Source of the DNA: Phoronis australis
Lineage: Eukaryota > Animalia > Phoronida
Reading direction: 5' to 3'
Assembly (NCBI GenBank): GCA_002633005.1
Contig: NMRA01000264.1
Location: 517,035 to 581,034, forward strand
DNA: 64,000 nucleotides
The notes below the pieces were generated by a model. That model was given only the letters and a program-made list of their open reading frames with translations, ran no database searches and was not told the DNA's origin. The translations under genes and the position numbers were made by a program. Shown here piece after piece: positions 34,817 to 49,075 of the stretch. Within the stretch, counting starts at the first letter, position 1. Each line of letters starts with the position of its first letter.

Positions 34817-35260
34817 CTGTAAAACTAAGAATACATCACAATTGTGAATCATATTGTACATATAAATTGATGTTAAATCTTGCCTGTAACAATCAAATGA
34901 AGAAATTACTGATACGTTATACATCTTGATGCATCCGGCTTTTATGTAAACAAAATTGTGTAGGCGCTATAAGACATTTTATCTTGATGTAATACTTCAC
35001 GAAAGAATTGCAAGGCAACTTCTTTAAAACATATACCTTAATAATTTTGGGTACTTGGTTCGAGTGCAGTGGTCCCACCATCGAATAACTCTAGGTTATG
35101 TAAGGTTAGTTTGGGTTTTTGAAACAAGTCTCTCCCTGTGAGAACATGGACCTAAAGACTGGCTACTACTTCGAGTCTCTCTTATTTGTTCTCGAGAAAG
35201 CTAACCATTACTTTTTAAGTTCACGGCGACAATTCTTATTTTGAAAGAAAAAATACTTAC

Positions 35261-35352
35261 CTTTCTTTGTGACCTCCAGTGATTTTACGCAAGCCAAATG
35301 CATTGTTGTCTATGCCCTTTGATTCCTCTCCAGTTTCCATTGTTAAATAATT
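35261..35352 (-). other. Candidate upstream exon of the TIR gene
   Basis: ttttcatag|...METGEESKGIDNNAFG...|gtaagt. The phase join to the TIR exon is not clean. Confidence 0.35.
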
Positions 35353-35639
35353 CTATGAAAATGTTAAAATTTGACACATATCTCAGAAGGCTAGTGAGCT
35401 TTAACTGAAAGTTTTACATGCTATGCTTTCTACACTTTTCTCCAGAACGCGCCGGGACAATAATTAGTTTAAATGTGACACTTTAATCAAAATATTAATT
35501 TTATTCTCAAAAAGTTGCATCAAATAAAAACAAAATGATAATGGGCATAACAGTGACAGTGTTTTCGATAATTTTTTAAATATCTACATTTCAATATCAA
35601 ATTATGCAGGCTTTCTCTTTTCAGAAATTATAGTTTTAC

Positions 35640-36100
35640 TGAGTTCTACTGGCTGAGGCCACTGTAGCCTTGGTTCAAAGCTGTATAGTCTTCATACAGG
35701 TAGCTGGCTGGCTAAAGCCACTGCAGTTAAAAGAGCTGCTCACCTGGCAAGACAACGCAGCACTGAGGCAGGCAACCAGCCAATTATACCACCTTTTCCG
35801 ATAGCCAAAAATTGATGTGAGCCCTAGCGAAACCAAGGGTCAACTGTCACCGCGTTAATGCTTGCATTATGAGCTTAGCAAAGCTTACAACCGAGAGAAC
35901 TGCCATTATGCACTGGTAAGGGCCCATGTAGGAATTGACGGCAATGAAAACACAGATACATACGTGTTGGAAAAAGCGTTCTGAACCTCCTATCCTGATA
36001 TCCTACAGAAATGCTGCGGGATGAGTGAACAGACCTTATTATGTACCCTGATCAGCAGCCCAGTGGTCATCGCTTAACTCCTGTATAGAAACCAAGGAAA
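35640..36100 (+). mobile_element. LINE RNase H remnant (I/Nimb-like)
   Basis: TFSDSQ and VRAHVGIDGNENTD match the RNase H motif W.P.H.GI.GNE.AD. Confidence 0.65.
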
Positions 36101-38324
36101 ACTGCCCCAATACGATCAAACCAAAAAGTTTGAAAAACCCGAGGCTTCTTAGATTGGGCACAAGACATGCCATTCACATATAAAAACCAACAGGTAGAGT
36201 CTATACCCAAAAGCACAGACTTTTTTGGTACTTAGCACATGAGTTTGCTTTAGTGATGTGTAGAAAATTTCGATTTTTAAGAATGTGCATCTATTATTTA
36301 TCTTTTTATGACATGTACCTCCATTTTGCAACAAAATTGGACGCCGAAGTAGATATGTTTGAATACATTTTACTAGCATGTATAGCTAGCTGATAACAAA
36401 TGAGTGATACAGATTTCAGGGACTATTATTGAATAATTTAATGGCATAACTTTCAAAATTCATTTTAAAATTTGTATGTTTTGACTTTGTGTGGCAAAAA
36501 CGGTTATTTTGTAGACACATTTCTGAGCATGTGGGTTGCCCAGTGTGTGCTGAGTGCTGTACTCGCATTGAAACCTCTACCTATACACGTGGTAGTCTTT
36601 CCCAGTTTTTAATAGGCTAAAGAGCAAGCTTTTGAATGGCCCCAATTGTCTGCCTAACATAAAGTGTATTCGGCGACAAATAAAAAGTGGATACTTTTCT
36701 CAGGAAGAACGTGAACAGGAATCTCGTGATAGTTAGGTCAGGTGTTTGTCCATTGCCCCAACCATGAGGCCTGCGCACGTCTGGTGCACCGCAAAAGACA
36801 TCAGTTAGTCTGCATTCCTTTCTGCTTCATGAGTAGTTGAACTATTCCCATTTATGTTTTTTAAAGAAAAAACACCTCAGATCAGGTAAAGGGGTTTGTT
36901 TTCTAGGCTGAACGAACTGACGCCGAGGGTGAATGTAGTTCAGTTTTGCTAGCTTGGATTGCTTTCGTGAGCCCTTTACAAATAAAAAAGTTGAAGTGAT
37001 GCGATCCAGAATTTTTGCAGTAACAAGTCTTCATGCTGCCAATGTGGATTTAGAACTGTTCCATATCCTTTGCAGTAACTCTGGGGTACGAGAGTTCTAC
37101 CAAATAACACGCAAAAACGTAATAAGTGATGACTGAGAAAAGCGATTTTTGATAGATATTGCAACACTAATAGCATAATATCATACCTGTGAGTTTACCT
37201 CAATTGTGTCTGTTGCTGTGGACCTGGAAATGCGATTTGTATGCGACACTGTTTTATTTAAAGGCGATCATTCAATAGCCCTTTGTCAATGTCTATCGAA
37301 ACTTGGTACATTGGTAAATGGAAACTGAAACCATTTTTTTAACAAATTGATGAACGTCAACTTAATTTAACCGTTATTATGCATGTGCGCGCCAGGGGAA
37401 TACAAATATTCATTTTATACAGGTATTAGCCTTGAACTTCCATGGCAGTTCACGGCATTTGTTTTTTAAAACCAAGTATTTATCAATCAGTATCTGAGCA
37501 GACCTCACAAACAGGCAAAATTCGCGCGATCACACGCTTCGACAAAGCGTCTCGTAGAAAATTGTTTTCTTTTCAGTCAATGTACAAAGTGTTATAAGAC
37601 CGCTGGCCAACAATGCAAATAGTAACGCATATACAATTGTGTACACACAAGCACACATGGTATAGATCAACAATAGATTCACATTTTTTTAGTTTAAAAA
37701 ACAACACGTTTCCTAGTTCATTTATACAGGGCAGACGTTAATGTTTTCATTACAACAGAGAACTTCGGCTACACAGTAAATGCAAAATGATGGCATGTGA
37801 GTCACTAGGGATTACAGGTTCACGCTCGCGTGTTCGTTATGGTACATCAAAATGTTTCGGCTAAACGTACACGTATGCCCGTTTTACGGGTCGCGGATTG
37901 ATTCCCGATTGCCGAACTCGTTACTTCCTCTGAATAAAACCTGTTATGTTGCAATCAGGGTCCCATGAAGCTGACTGTCCATCGATAACTGGCTGGTTAG
38001 GACTACGTGAAGCTGTGGTGGCACGGTGGGGGGGAGGGGGCAAAGTTACGACCGCGGTGACATCATTATATTATAGCCGGTGGAACCAATCAATATCCCT
38101 GGCATAAAAATTCCAAGCTGCCATTTTACGATGCCAAAGGTGATTTTGGGCAAAAATGCGGAAAAAACTTTATGTTTGATTGACAAACTCTCAGGTACTC
38201 ACGTTTGCTTTGAATATTTCAAATGAAAGTATTCAACGTATTTGTTTTATTGAAATATCAAATTACGGAAACTGAGATATTTTGGCACGAACCATGATTG
38301 TACCTTTTCTATGTCTGTAACATG

Positions 38325-38405
38325 TCACTACTCCAAAGGCTCACTACTCCGAAGGCTCACTACTTCGAAAGTTCGATTCTCCAAAACCACGTTCACTACT
38401 ACGAA
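38325..38405. repeat. 16-bp tandem repeat (TCACTACTCCGAAGGC)
   Basis: 3-4 copies seen directly. Confidence 0.7.
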
Positions 38406-39063
38406 GCCAGAGTGCTAGTGTCTCGTTAGAAAAACAAGATATCGCGAGATATCGCCGTGTATTTTCAACGAGGGCCCATGAGTTTGGCTAGGATTTTCTT
38501 GCCGTGAGACAGTTATTGAACAGTGTCAATTACTCGGCCGAAATTTCAATTCACCACTCTGACTGTCTGGTGAGTCGGAGCTGATATGCATAAAGTATGG
38601 CAGCTGTCTCCATTTAGTAACCAGTTATATGAAGGATACATTCAAGTGGAAAATGAACTTAACTTTCAACAATATTAAGGTCACAAAAAATACCCACTAT
38701 CTGCGAACTTTCAGTACTCGGGGGCTGGGGGGCTATAGCCTCCTTTTTCGGTGCTTAAAATTTATGTTAAAAAAATGTGAATCCCAGAAATTTGTGGTTG
38801 TTCCTTTTCGGAGAGCATTTTTCTACTGTCGCTGACTTTTGTTTACGCTGCTGTCCTATATTCACACTGCATGAATAACACACCGGCCAGATATGTGTTT
38901 ACTGTAGATGTATGTGCTTCAAGCACGCGATTACTAAACATTACTGCAGAAACGAAATAGTTGCTGTTACGTCACTTGCATGACAAGGCTAAAAATCGTT
39001 CATAATCCGCCATTTTCTTTCTTTGTTGTAAAGCTAACCAATGACTGCCGAGGTTATATCAAC

Positions 39064-39784
39064 CACGGGCGTCCTCAGCTTCTGATCGTCCACAATATAC
39101 TATATATAATACTACAAGGCATGACACTCCCGATCAGAAATTCCACGGGTTCTTTACATCTGCCGTCCATATCAAACTCAAAACACAATAAATTTACACA
39201 AAACAAAGTTTCAACAAACCAGTAGCAATTTTTCTTTCTTCTAATGCCGTTCACGGTGTCCTGCTCTAGCGAGATCGCAACAAATTCGAGGTCAAAGCAC
39301 AAAAATGTTCTCAAAAAGCCAACGCATCGAGCTTCCTTGGACGGTTCGAGGTCAAGGACGGTACGGAATTATCCGATGAGTGACAGATGGACGGCCTTGG
39401 GATACATATAGTATCTTTGCATTTTTCTTACGTAACTATAAAATCTTTGGAAATGCTTTGGAGTTGTCGATGCCGTGACACTCCGTGACAAATCGGCAAT
39501 TGCCGTACCGTCCTTGACCTCGAACCGTCCAAGGAGGCTCGATGCGTTGGCTTTTTGAAAACCTTTTTGTGCTTTGACCGCGAATTTGTTGCGATTTCGC
39601 TGGAGCAGGCCACCGTGAATGGTATTAGAAGAAAGGACCTTGTTTTGTATAAATTTATTGAGTTTTGTGTTTGATATGGATGGCTGAAGTGAAGCACCCG
39701 TGGAAATTCTGGTCGGGAGTCCGTGTCATACCTTGTAGTATTATACATGGTGTATTGGGGGATCAAAAGCTGAAGACGTCTGTG
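39064..39784. mobile_element. Large foldback element, arms about 300 bp
   Basis: 39064-39370 is the reverse complement of 39498-39784. A related copy lies at 60376-60910. Confidence 0.85.
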
Positions 39785-41647
39785 ACATCAACCAGTGATA
39801 AAACGCGTGCTACTGTAGGATACCTGCGTGTTCTCTACACTCAGGGAACCAGCGAGCTTAAAAATATTGCTATGGACAAATTGTGGAGCAGTGCGTGAGC
39901 CAATTCCAAGTAGGCCTACCCTAGTAAAGACTATACATCGCCGTCAAGGTTCTTACATATTCCGTTTCAACATGTGCTGCGGAACGGAGTTTCCGCACAA
40001 CGAACATCCTCAGGGAAACACAATGGCTACAACGAGACCTCGGTCTCTTTGGGACATTCCCAGATGAAATGAATTCTCAATAGGATATTGCAGTAGTTTT
40101 CCTATGTATGTAGGATAACCTATATTTATACACTCTTCTCCAAAACATTTCTAGCAATTATTTTTAAAATGTTCCACTTTCGTATGTGGGGCTATAAAAA
40201 TAGGATTTACATGATTTTGACAAAAAAAAAAAACATTTACAAGTTGCATAGGACAAAAACGAGCTTGATTCCGTTAAATATTGTACTATATTATTATCAC
40301 CCCAGTTTAATTTCTCTCTGTTTCTCTGTTTCATTATCATAATGGTATTAATGAGAACGGCAATATCTAACTTAAACTCAAGTGGTTAGTGACCGAAGTG
40401 TTTACTTAGATGTTTTATGCTTTGCTTTTGGCAATAATCTTTTTGGAGTCACATAACAAATGAATTGTCTCATGATGTCATTCCAAAACCTGTTGCCTAT
40501 TGATCAGTTTCACATGTTTTTTACTAGATCCTCTTTTGTGATTGGTCCCTCTTCCACTAAGTTTTGTCTGACTCGTGGCTATCCCGATATTTATATCTCA
40601 GTCGATAATGTTACCCTCGAGTCCCGTCACCTTACCCTCCCTCCTTTAAAGTAAGATACGGGTACTTTATGCTGACACTTCTCACGGTCGGGGCCCGCTC
40701 AGTTTTATCGTAAAACATGTTTTTACAGCTGAAGAAGCAATACTTTTGCCAAGTTGCAAAAAAACAAACGTTTTGAATCACGCATATGTTCTGCAGTCAG
40801 TCAGAAGAAACAAGCCACTTATAAACCTAACTTAAGTCGAAAGCCTCTCTATCAGCATGCAGGTATTCATTTTATGTTGCACACATGTATGTTCTCAGAA
40901 ACACTAAGACTTAAATGTCGTAGACAATATTAAGTTTAATTCCAAGGCCGCATATGCACGAAAGTTCGCTGGAACATTGAGGTGAGACTCGACTAAATAA
41001 GTTCCATGAAAAGCGATACCAGGTCTGATACTGAGGTTATATGTGTGGTCAATATCGCTGGCATTATGTCTCCTTGCTGCCTAACTCTGATTTGTTTCAT
41101 CCATGTCGAGGACGTCAAGAAAAGCATAAACAGCAAGTAAAAACGTTCAGGGTTGTTTTCCGTTGAAGCAAGAATCTCGCGATAGCACAAAATCACCAAG
41201 TTTCTAAATATATCACCAAGCGTTACGAGCAAAGCACGTGATCACACTAGCTTTTCTCGTGATAGTTTTGGGTCTACGGAACGCAATCGAGGTCTAAAAC
41301 GTTCAATTTCTAAGGACGTGAGACGAGAATTTTCAATGATGGAAATAAAAACGAATGATAAATGCTGATTTTATTTTCCAGTATATTTAACTTATTCAAC
41401 AGAAACATGATTACAACAGCACGAACTTTTGTATAAAGTGATCCTCAAAACCAACAGAAGTAGTTAAACGAATATAAAATCTAATACAAACATCCTTCCA
41501 AGTATATATCATGAGATTGGTAAATGTTATACCTGATGTCGAATTTCCAAATTTTGAGTTGGCGTTATTCAAGACAAATTAAGAACACAACCAAAACAAT
41601 TCCTAAGCTTTTGTTATTACATGTACACTATTAACGCACAAGGTTAC

Positions 41648-42850
41648 TCAGAGTTCAGTAGGGAAGTCGTGAGAATTCATCATGTCAGAATTCCTTCCTC
41701 GCTTCATCGAGTCGTTCTTCTCTGCTGGCAATCTGCACTGATTTTTCCCTCGTGTAGAAAGTGTAATCTGTAACGCAAACACATCATTTTTTAAAACGAA
41801 TGATGAAACAAGAACCTGCTATGAAACAAGAACCTGCTATGAACTCTGTGAAAACATCAACTTTTACTTCACAAGCGCATGTGTTCTTTCAAAGCATAGT
41901 CATCGCGTTTGTTTAAGTTGAAATGGTTACAGAAAATACCTTACAATTCCCCCGACGTTCTACTGCCCTGGTGACCCCGGCCCCTGGCTTCAAAATAATG
42001 ACATCCTTCATTTCTTCCCGAGTCTACAACAATTTTTATCTTGGCAAGGAACAAGATGAGACCGATTTTATAACATTGTAAGAAGCCTAATAAGCAAGAC
42101 GTCGCTTTTTGACAGAAGGCGCGGGTTTATTGCCCCTTTAATGATATTTTCTAAATGTACGAAGGAGATCACTTGGCACTTTGCAAAACAAACAATAGAA
42201 CGGTGGCAGCCTCGTTTGTCATTCACCCACAAAAGATCACAACCAAAAGCCCGCCAGTCGGGTCTATCTTGATATCTTGAACTAACTTGATGGTTTTCGT
42301 GGTATTAGTTATTTTCATGACCCTATTATCTTTACAAATAATAACGTTTGCTACACTTTGCTTACCATTGAAATTGTTATCTACGTAGAGTGAGTGAGGA
42401 TAGCTTAGGCACATCTATGCTTGGCTGTTTGAGGTTAGGGGGGCTCGAGACATAACTTTCGCCGAAAAACTGGCGTATAATTTCAAACACTTGATGCAGT
42501 TCCAGTTCTACGCACCTCCCCCCCACTTTACACTTTACACCCTCAGTCGCCACTAATTTCACCCCTGGCCGCTGTCGGTTTCACTCCTCGACCACCGCCG
42601 ATTATACCGATTACATGTCTTTCCCGTGTGATCCATTGGATGCTCCGTTGCCCAATACGCCAATAGCAGCATTTTTTTCGTAATATCGGTTCTTAAAAAA
42701 TTATGCACATGAACGAAATTACTGCTCACTTTACGTTTGTGAAGGCGGTTTGGTGTAGTCTCTGGCTTCCGGGAAATTGCGCTGCTTAGACTTGCGTATA
42801 AGTTGGACTGGAGCCGGTAGGGGTTGTAGCTGTCCAGTGTCTCCAACTGT
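41648..42850 (-). pseudogene. Exon-like segments with an NHL-repeat-like fragment, frameshifted
   Basis: Splice-bounded segments at about 41940-42023 and 41648-41767. LSYPHSLYVDNN...DNRVMKI...DIKIDPTGGLLV at 42225-42410 resembles NHL beta-propeller blades. Confidence 0.3.
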
Positions 42851-42889
42851 TGGGATAGTCACAACTATGGTTACCATTTCCAGATTTAA

Positions 42890-43773
42890 AGCGGCTATAA
42901 ACCCAAATTCCGTCTTTTGATTTACACCTTTTATCTCTATGAAATTGGTCTCAACTTCCTCCTTCTTCAGGTGAGAATTGGTTTTTTGGACGCATCAAAA
43001 ACGCTTCGTTATTTTTCTTGGACNTTTCGTACCTTTCTAATTTTTATAAAAGGTCACAAAAGTTTATGAAAAGGTGAACAAAATGTAGCCTTTTTATGAC
43101 CTTTTGTGCCATACAAAATCCATTTTTTCGTGCAGTGGTACTGTTAGCGTGTGACATGACTTCGATCCTAGAAATGGACTTGGTGTGTTTATGTACAGTT
43201 ATGGCACTTACTTATGTACAACGAGTGAGCCTTGTTGCCTCAGTTGGTTATTGGGTGGAATTAGCATTGTTGCCTAAGTTGGTTATTGGGTGGAGATTTT
43301 TGCAGTTTTCATATGTTCACCTACTTATGTGGTAGCTGAGGCATTGGCTATGCCTTTGAGTGTGTTACTTAACTTTAGCGCACAAAAATGTTGTCTTCTG
43401 CATTTAGGCAAGATGAAGGGGATATCACAGTTAATTCTTTCTCTTGTTGGGGATACTAGATGAAACGAAAATACTGTCCTTGTCTACCGGGATTTTCCGT
43501 AGATAAGCCCATAGGCCTGTATTCGGAAAATCAAAATTTTCAGGCATTTCAGTAACACCAAATAAACGCCTAGGCGTTTATTCGCAAAGGGGGGATGTAA
43601 ACGGAAAGTCATAGCCTCGGCTAATAAGAAAATATCAGAGACTTTTTTGCATAAAACCATGCCTATTAAGTTTACCGGTAAGTTAATAAATACATAGTTA
43701 CCCAACATTTTGTCCATTTTTATATGATAAATGCTCTACAAATTGTGGCTGAAAGTTGACGCCAAGGGCCGCT
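42890..43773. mobile_element. Possible Kolobok-type non-autonomous element
   Basis: TTAA|AGCGGC ... GCCGCT|TTAA; TIR short and weak. Confidence 0.4.
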
Positions 43774-45164
43774 TTAAGAGGTAATTTTTCGAATAAACGC
43801 CCCACTATGTGGACACTTGACACCAGAAGTTTTAACACCAAATAAACACTCATGGGCGTTTCATCGTGTGGGCTTATCTACGGAGTTTTCTATCATATTA
43901 GATTATGTATACGTTTTTGCATTCTCAAAGTGTATAAACACGTTACTTCATACCAAACAATTTTATTTTGTCCAGCTCCATGCACAAAAAGCAAAGTCTG
44001 GAAAGTGGCTTTTTCACTCATTACATCTCTGTTCATTCTTACTGTTACAAGAGACCTCGCATACATGCTCAGTCAGAAACATGTAAACGTTCTTTGTTAC
44101 GTCGTTTTCGCTTAAGTCGACGCTCAAAAGCGTATTCTGTCCTGACAGCAATGATCTGTTCATATCACTGCTTTCTATTTTAACTTTGCGGTACAAAATG
44201 GATAGTGTGCGGTTGTTTGATCTGTAGAGAGCACTGTGACCTCAGCTAATTTAGGGAATCTCGGGACAACTGTCATCGAGTAGCCCCACAAATACGCATA
44301 CTCCGCTGCTTTTTAAAGTTGGATTTTGACTTTCTGATTATACGTTCCAATTCTTTCACACTTATGGATAAAATGACATATTTGTAGCTCCGATACCGCA
44401 ACAACGGACGGTTTGTACTAAACTACATATATCGGGACTGAATATTGCTCTGTAAACCTGCACCAAACTTACCTGATTTAAGGACAAGTGAACTGCCTGT
44501 AAACTTTCTTCAACTGCTGGCTCATTCAAACGGGGCTGTGTCGTATTGGGCAACATCAGCTCGGAAACTGCTACAGGCCGAACGAGCAAGGCACATGTTT
44601 GAGATGGCAGGAAGGCGAAATACCCTAATGGCTTGGCCGCGGCCAGTCCCTTGCTATTGTTGGAAGGTTTGGTTGAGGATTGCTTCAACTGTCCTATCAG
44701 AGCAATTTCCTATTGAAACAGCATTCAGAAAAAACACTATAAAATTAAGACAAAGGACGTAAGTGGCATGCACCAGGAAACTGTAGAACAGTTTAATCTA
44801 CACACGTTTAGCTGCCAACGTTGTATTTTTAACTGAAGCGTTTGGGGGTTTAAATACACGTACATTTCCATCGCAATTTTAGGGTTGGTTCACCCCAAAA
44901 AACTCAGACGCATCTTCTTGCTTTACTGATAATTTAGCTGTTCTTAGAACCCTATGGCGGCAAGGAATATCATGAGATTGACTTTCGTTCTTTAACCAGC
45001 TAAACAGGGCGAAGTTCAACTTCCGGACTATACCTCAATAAATGTTTCTCACTAAATGCCAGAGTTGTCGATAACTTGCTTTGCCTATTGTTTATGATTT
45101 CGAATATGAAAAAACAAAACTCGTTAAATAAATGATCCCAGATAAAAGGAAAATATTTGTTAAC

Positions 45165-45266
45165 CTTTTCTTGTAAACTTTGGCACAAGGCATAGAAGTG
45201 TTGCTGGTTACATTCCAACTCGTTCCAGTCGATCTTCCAGCAACTTGTAGCTGTTACAATGCATGG
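45165..45266 (-). CDS. Candidate exon, C-terminal half of a C-type-lectin-like domain
   Basis: ctgcttcacttag|PCIVTATSCWKIDWNELECNQQHFYALCQSLQEK|gttaac; C..WN...C.....YxxC pattern. Confidence 0.4.
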
Positions 45267-45319
45267 CTAAGTGAAGCAGAGGCGCATTAGTTACTTACTG
45301 TTAATGTAAAAACATTTTG

Positions 45320-45950
45320 ATAATTTGAATAAATATACGTAAATAAAACAACAAAAATGGATCACTGACAAACCTATTTGCAACACACAATGTAACAAAT
45401 CCAGATACAAAATGTGTAACTTTATCATCCTCAATACTTCCTTCCAGTCTTCTCAAACCAATGAATACTTCGAAATAAAACTGCACCACCAACATTTACC
45501 TAATAACAAAATGTTCCATTCAATATGTAGGACAAACTCAACATAATCTCGGTTTCGCAATCATAGATTTAACATAATACATAAAAATATTTCTGATACT
45601 ATAGATAATCATTTCAATTCCAAAAACCATAATCTACAAGATCTTTCTGTACAAATAATAGAAAAACTCCAATTTCCCAGTACCCCCCACAGACTCAAAA
45701 GAGAACAATTTTGGATAGCTAAGCTTAACACACTTGAACCCAATAGATTAAACATAAATACTTCTGAAATCATATCCTTAAATTACTTTCTTCCACAACA
45801 ATTTATCATGTTCATTACGCCAAGTACCTGATGTCATTTGTTATGTGGTGTTTGATTTTACTTTATTTCTATTTCTGTTGACAAAGATGTTATCATATCC
45901 GAAAATTTCAGTGATCCATTTTTGTTGTTTAATTTACCCATATTTATTCT
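45320..45950 (+). mobile_element. Penelope-like element fragment (GIY-YIG) with inverted terminal copy
   Basis: CSIQYVGQT..FRNHRFNI..NHFNSKNHNLQDLSVQIIE..REQFWIAKLNTLEPNRLN. About 45325-45370 is the reverse complement of about 45907-45950. Confidence 0.8.
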
Positions 45951-47101
45951 ACTTTCGACACACAAGTGTATCCTTTAGAGGATCTGGATCGCCTCTTTTA
46001 GTTTCAGATTTATTTTCTACATAATTTTTGATAATTTGATAACATTTGGTTCAAGAGAGCTTGCTTAACATACTGAAATAAAACGAGGCCCAGGGAACAG
46101 TCTCTGAAGGTATTAGACCATATTCCATACACCGCTCCTTACCCGACATAAACATTGTTGTTGCTTTGTTAGGAAAGTACCAATTGCTTTTTCATGTAAG
46201 AATGCATTTTATATAGATACTGGTGTTGCTATGAGACGAATGGTGGTGAACTATCCATCATTGACAACTTTGTGGAAGGCGGTCTAGAGTTGTTTCAAGA
46301 GCTTAAAGTCCTCCACTGCTTCGTTTCCAAGTAATGCGTTACTTTAAAAAGAACGTTAACTTACTGCTTTGAGATGCATGGCTACTTGAAAACAAATGAA
46401 AAATCGAGCTTACCATTCCAAACAAGACAGATTCACATAGACTGCTTATTGGAACTAAGTGAACGGCTTGTATCCTGTGGATGTCTACGGATAACCCTTG
46501 ACCTCTTGTATAGGGAGGAGCAGAAGACTTTAAACAGGTTATGCTTGGCTGGAGGTGCTTAATATAAAGTGAAATGTAAAGTTAGGCCAAGAATGTTGTT
46601 GGCTGTGGTCTGATTGACGCAATATTATTTCAGTTGTTCACCTATACAAAAAAGAAAATCCACAAGAGACGGTATTTTTTACTGAGCCCTGACCGCTTTC
46701 ATAGGAGGCGGGGAGAGTTGACGGCACAACAGCCAAAAGCAAAAATATATCTCGCAAGTCGTAAAAGTCGCGGCCACTATTGCAGTATTTTTCGCCGCTA
46801 TGACGGCGATGACTTTTACACAGACCATCCGCATTAGAATGGGTACATCAAGTCTGCGAAATTTTTCACGTCATCTACATTGTATACATTATAGCTAATT
46901 ATGAATCGCTTGGCAAATCATAGTGTTTTAAGCAGACGATATCGTGGTTGAAATTGACATGGGCGGGCGCTTTTTTAAATCAGTGAGCACAAATCTCAAT
47001 ATGAACCGGGGTACAGAGAGGAACCAACTATACCTTTTGACCTTATCAAAGTCTATCACAACTTATGCAGAGACACGCCCCATTCTAACATTGTAACAAA
47101 T

Positions 47102-47466
47102 CTACAGAGTATCCATCTGAGTAGCTAGGCATACCAGAATTGTTATTGTGAAGTGACTGAATCGGTTATTCATAGAAATATAGAGATAATTTTCTAACGT
47201 GTTACGATTTACGAAAAAAGGAGAAACCAAACAAAGAGTGGTGATGCTTTTCCTGAGTTTGTTAGTTTGCGAAATAAGTTGGATATCATGCTGTAGAGAT
47301 TTATTGCAAATGAAGTGTTTGTATGCTCGTATGACTGAAACCAAAGCTTTTAACCGTTTTTGAAGGGGCAACTCCCAGAATATACTTACATATTGGCCTG
47401 AATGAGGAAGTTGCGCTGGGTTTATTAAACAGTCGCGTACATCGCATTTCAAAACGAAGTTTTCAC
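47102..47466 (-). CDS. Divergent TIR-like exon (phase 1 start)
   Basis: ttttttacag|ENFVLK...YVSIFWE...LRKSITTLCLVSPFFVNRN...ITILV. The S..TLCLVSP.FV segment resembles TIR beta-C. Confidence 0.4.
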
Positions 47467-48166
47467 CTGTAAAAAATATTAGAAAAACACCTCGACGTTT
47501 GTTTGAAGATTCAGAGAAATGTCACTGTGTTCGTTTTACAAACGATATATCTTATAAATGCATTTCCCACGAGGTTGCAGATGTTCTTTTGTGCCAGATC
47601 GGACATTGGTTCAACAGTGATTCCAATACAAGCAGTTAAACATTTGCTGTGCCTGGTGGAGAAAAAGATGTAAGGTTGTGTGGGACCATATTGACAAGTC
47701 TATATTGATATAAGTATCTACAAAACTATAGATTTTTACTCAGTGAAAGGATATATTTTCCCAATTTAATTAATTTTCTGAAAGTAGAAAGACTTAATAG
47801 AAATGTGCCATCACTGGGGTCAAGCGAGCATGTCTTTTTAGTTTAGTAAAATTTAGTAAAACAAGAAACGTACATTCATAGCAAAGCCACTGTACAGTAT
47901 CAATATCATGACTAAATTTCGATTGATATAAAATTCAAGATGAAATCTCAAAAGCGCTATCACAGTTTTTGTGTTATGCAACTATTTGAGTTGTACATGA
48001 AGCGCTATATTTGATAGCTTCTCCTTACAGCGTTTTTGGAAACAGTGCATAAATATGACATCTGCAATTTTCACACGAGTCTGATTAACCATTTGTATGA
48101 TATAATGTTCCAATTTTAGACCAGTTAGAACATGGGTATTGTAACAAGGAGTTGTGGCTTAATTTA

Positions 48167-49075
48167 CTCTCCCTCCCTCTCTCTCTCCCTCTCTCTCTCT
48201 CTCTCCCTCCCTCTCTCTCTTCCTCCCTCCCTCTCTCTCTTCCTCCCTCCCTCTCNNNNNNNNNNNNNNNNNNNNNNNNNNNNNNNNNNNNNNNNNNNNN
48301 NNNNNNNNNNNNNNNNNNNNNNNNNNNNNNNNNNNNNNNNNNNNNNNNNNNNNNNNNNNNNNNNNNNNNNNNNNNNNNNNNNNNNNNNNNNNNNNNNNNN
48401 NNNNNNNNNNNNNNNNNNNNNNNNNNNNNNNNNNNNNNNNNNNNNNNNNNNNNNNNNNNNNNNNNNNNNNNNNNNNNNNNNNNNNNNNNNNNNNNNNNNN
48501 NNNNNNNNNNNNNNNNNNNNNNNNNNNNNNNNNNNNNNNNNNNNNNNNNNNNNNNNNNNNNNNNNNNNNNNNNNNNNNNNNNNNNNNNNNNNNNNNNNNN
48601 NNNNNNNNNNNNNNNNNNNNNNNNNNNNNNNNNNNNNNNNNNNNNNNNNNNNNNNNNNNNNNNNNNNNNNNNNNNNNNNNNNNNNNNNNNNNNNNNNNNN
48701 NNNNNNNNNNNNNNNNNNNNNNNNNNNNNNNNNNNNNNNNNNNNNNNNNNNNNNNNNNNNNNNNNNNNNNNNNNNNNNNNNNNNNNNNNNNNNNNNNNNN
48801 NNNNNNNNNNNNNNNNNNNNNNNNNNNNNNNNNNNNNNNNNNNNNNNNNNNNNNNNNNNNNNNNNNNNNNNNNNNNNNNNNNNNNNNNNNNNNNNNNNNN
48901 NNNNNNNNNNNNNNNNNNNNNNNNNNNNNNNNNNNNNNNNNNNNNNNNNNNNNNNNNNNNNNNNNNNNNNNNNNNNNNNNNNNNNNNNNNNNNNNNNNNN
49001 NNNNNNNNNNNNNNNNNNNNNNNNNNNNNNNNNNNCCTCCTTCCATCCCTTCCTTCATCTCTCCCTCCCTCTCAC
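48167..49075. repeat. CT-rich microsatellite flanking a 780-N assembly gap (48256-49035)
   Basis: Direct inspection. Confidence 0.95.
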
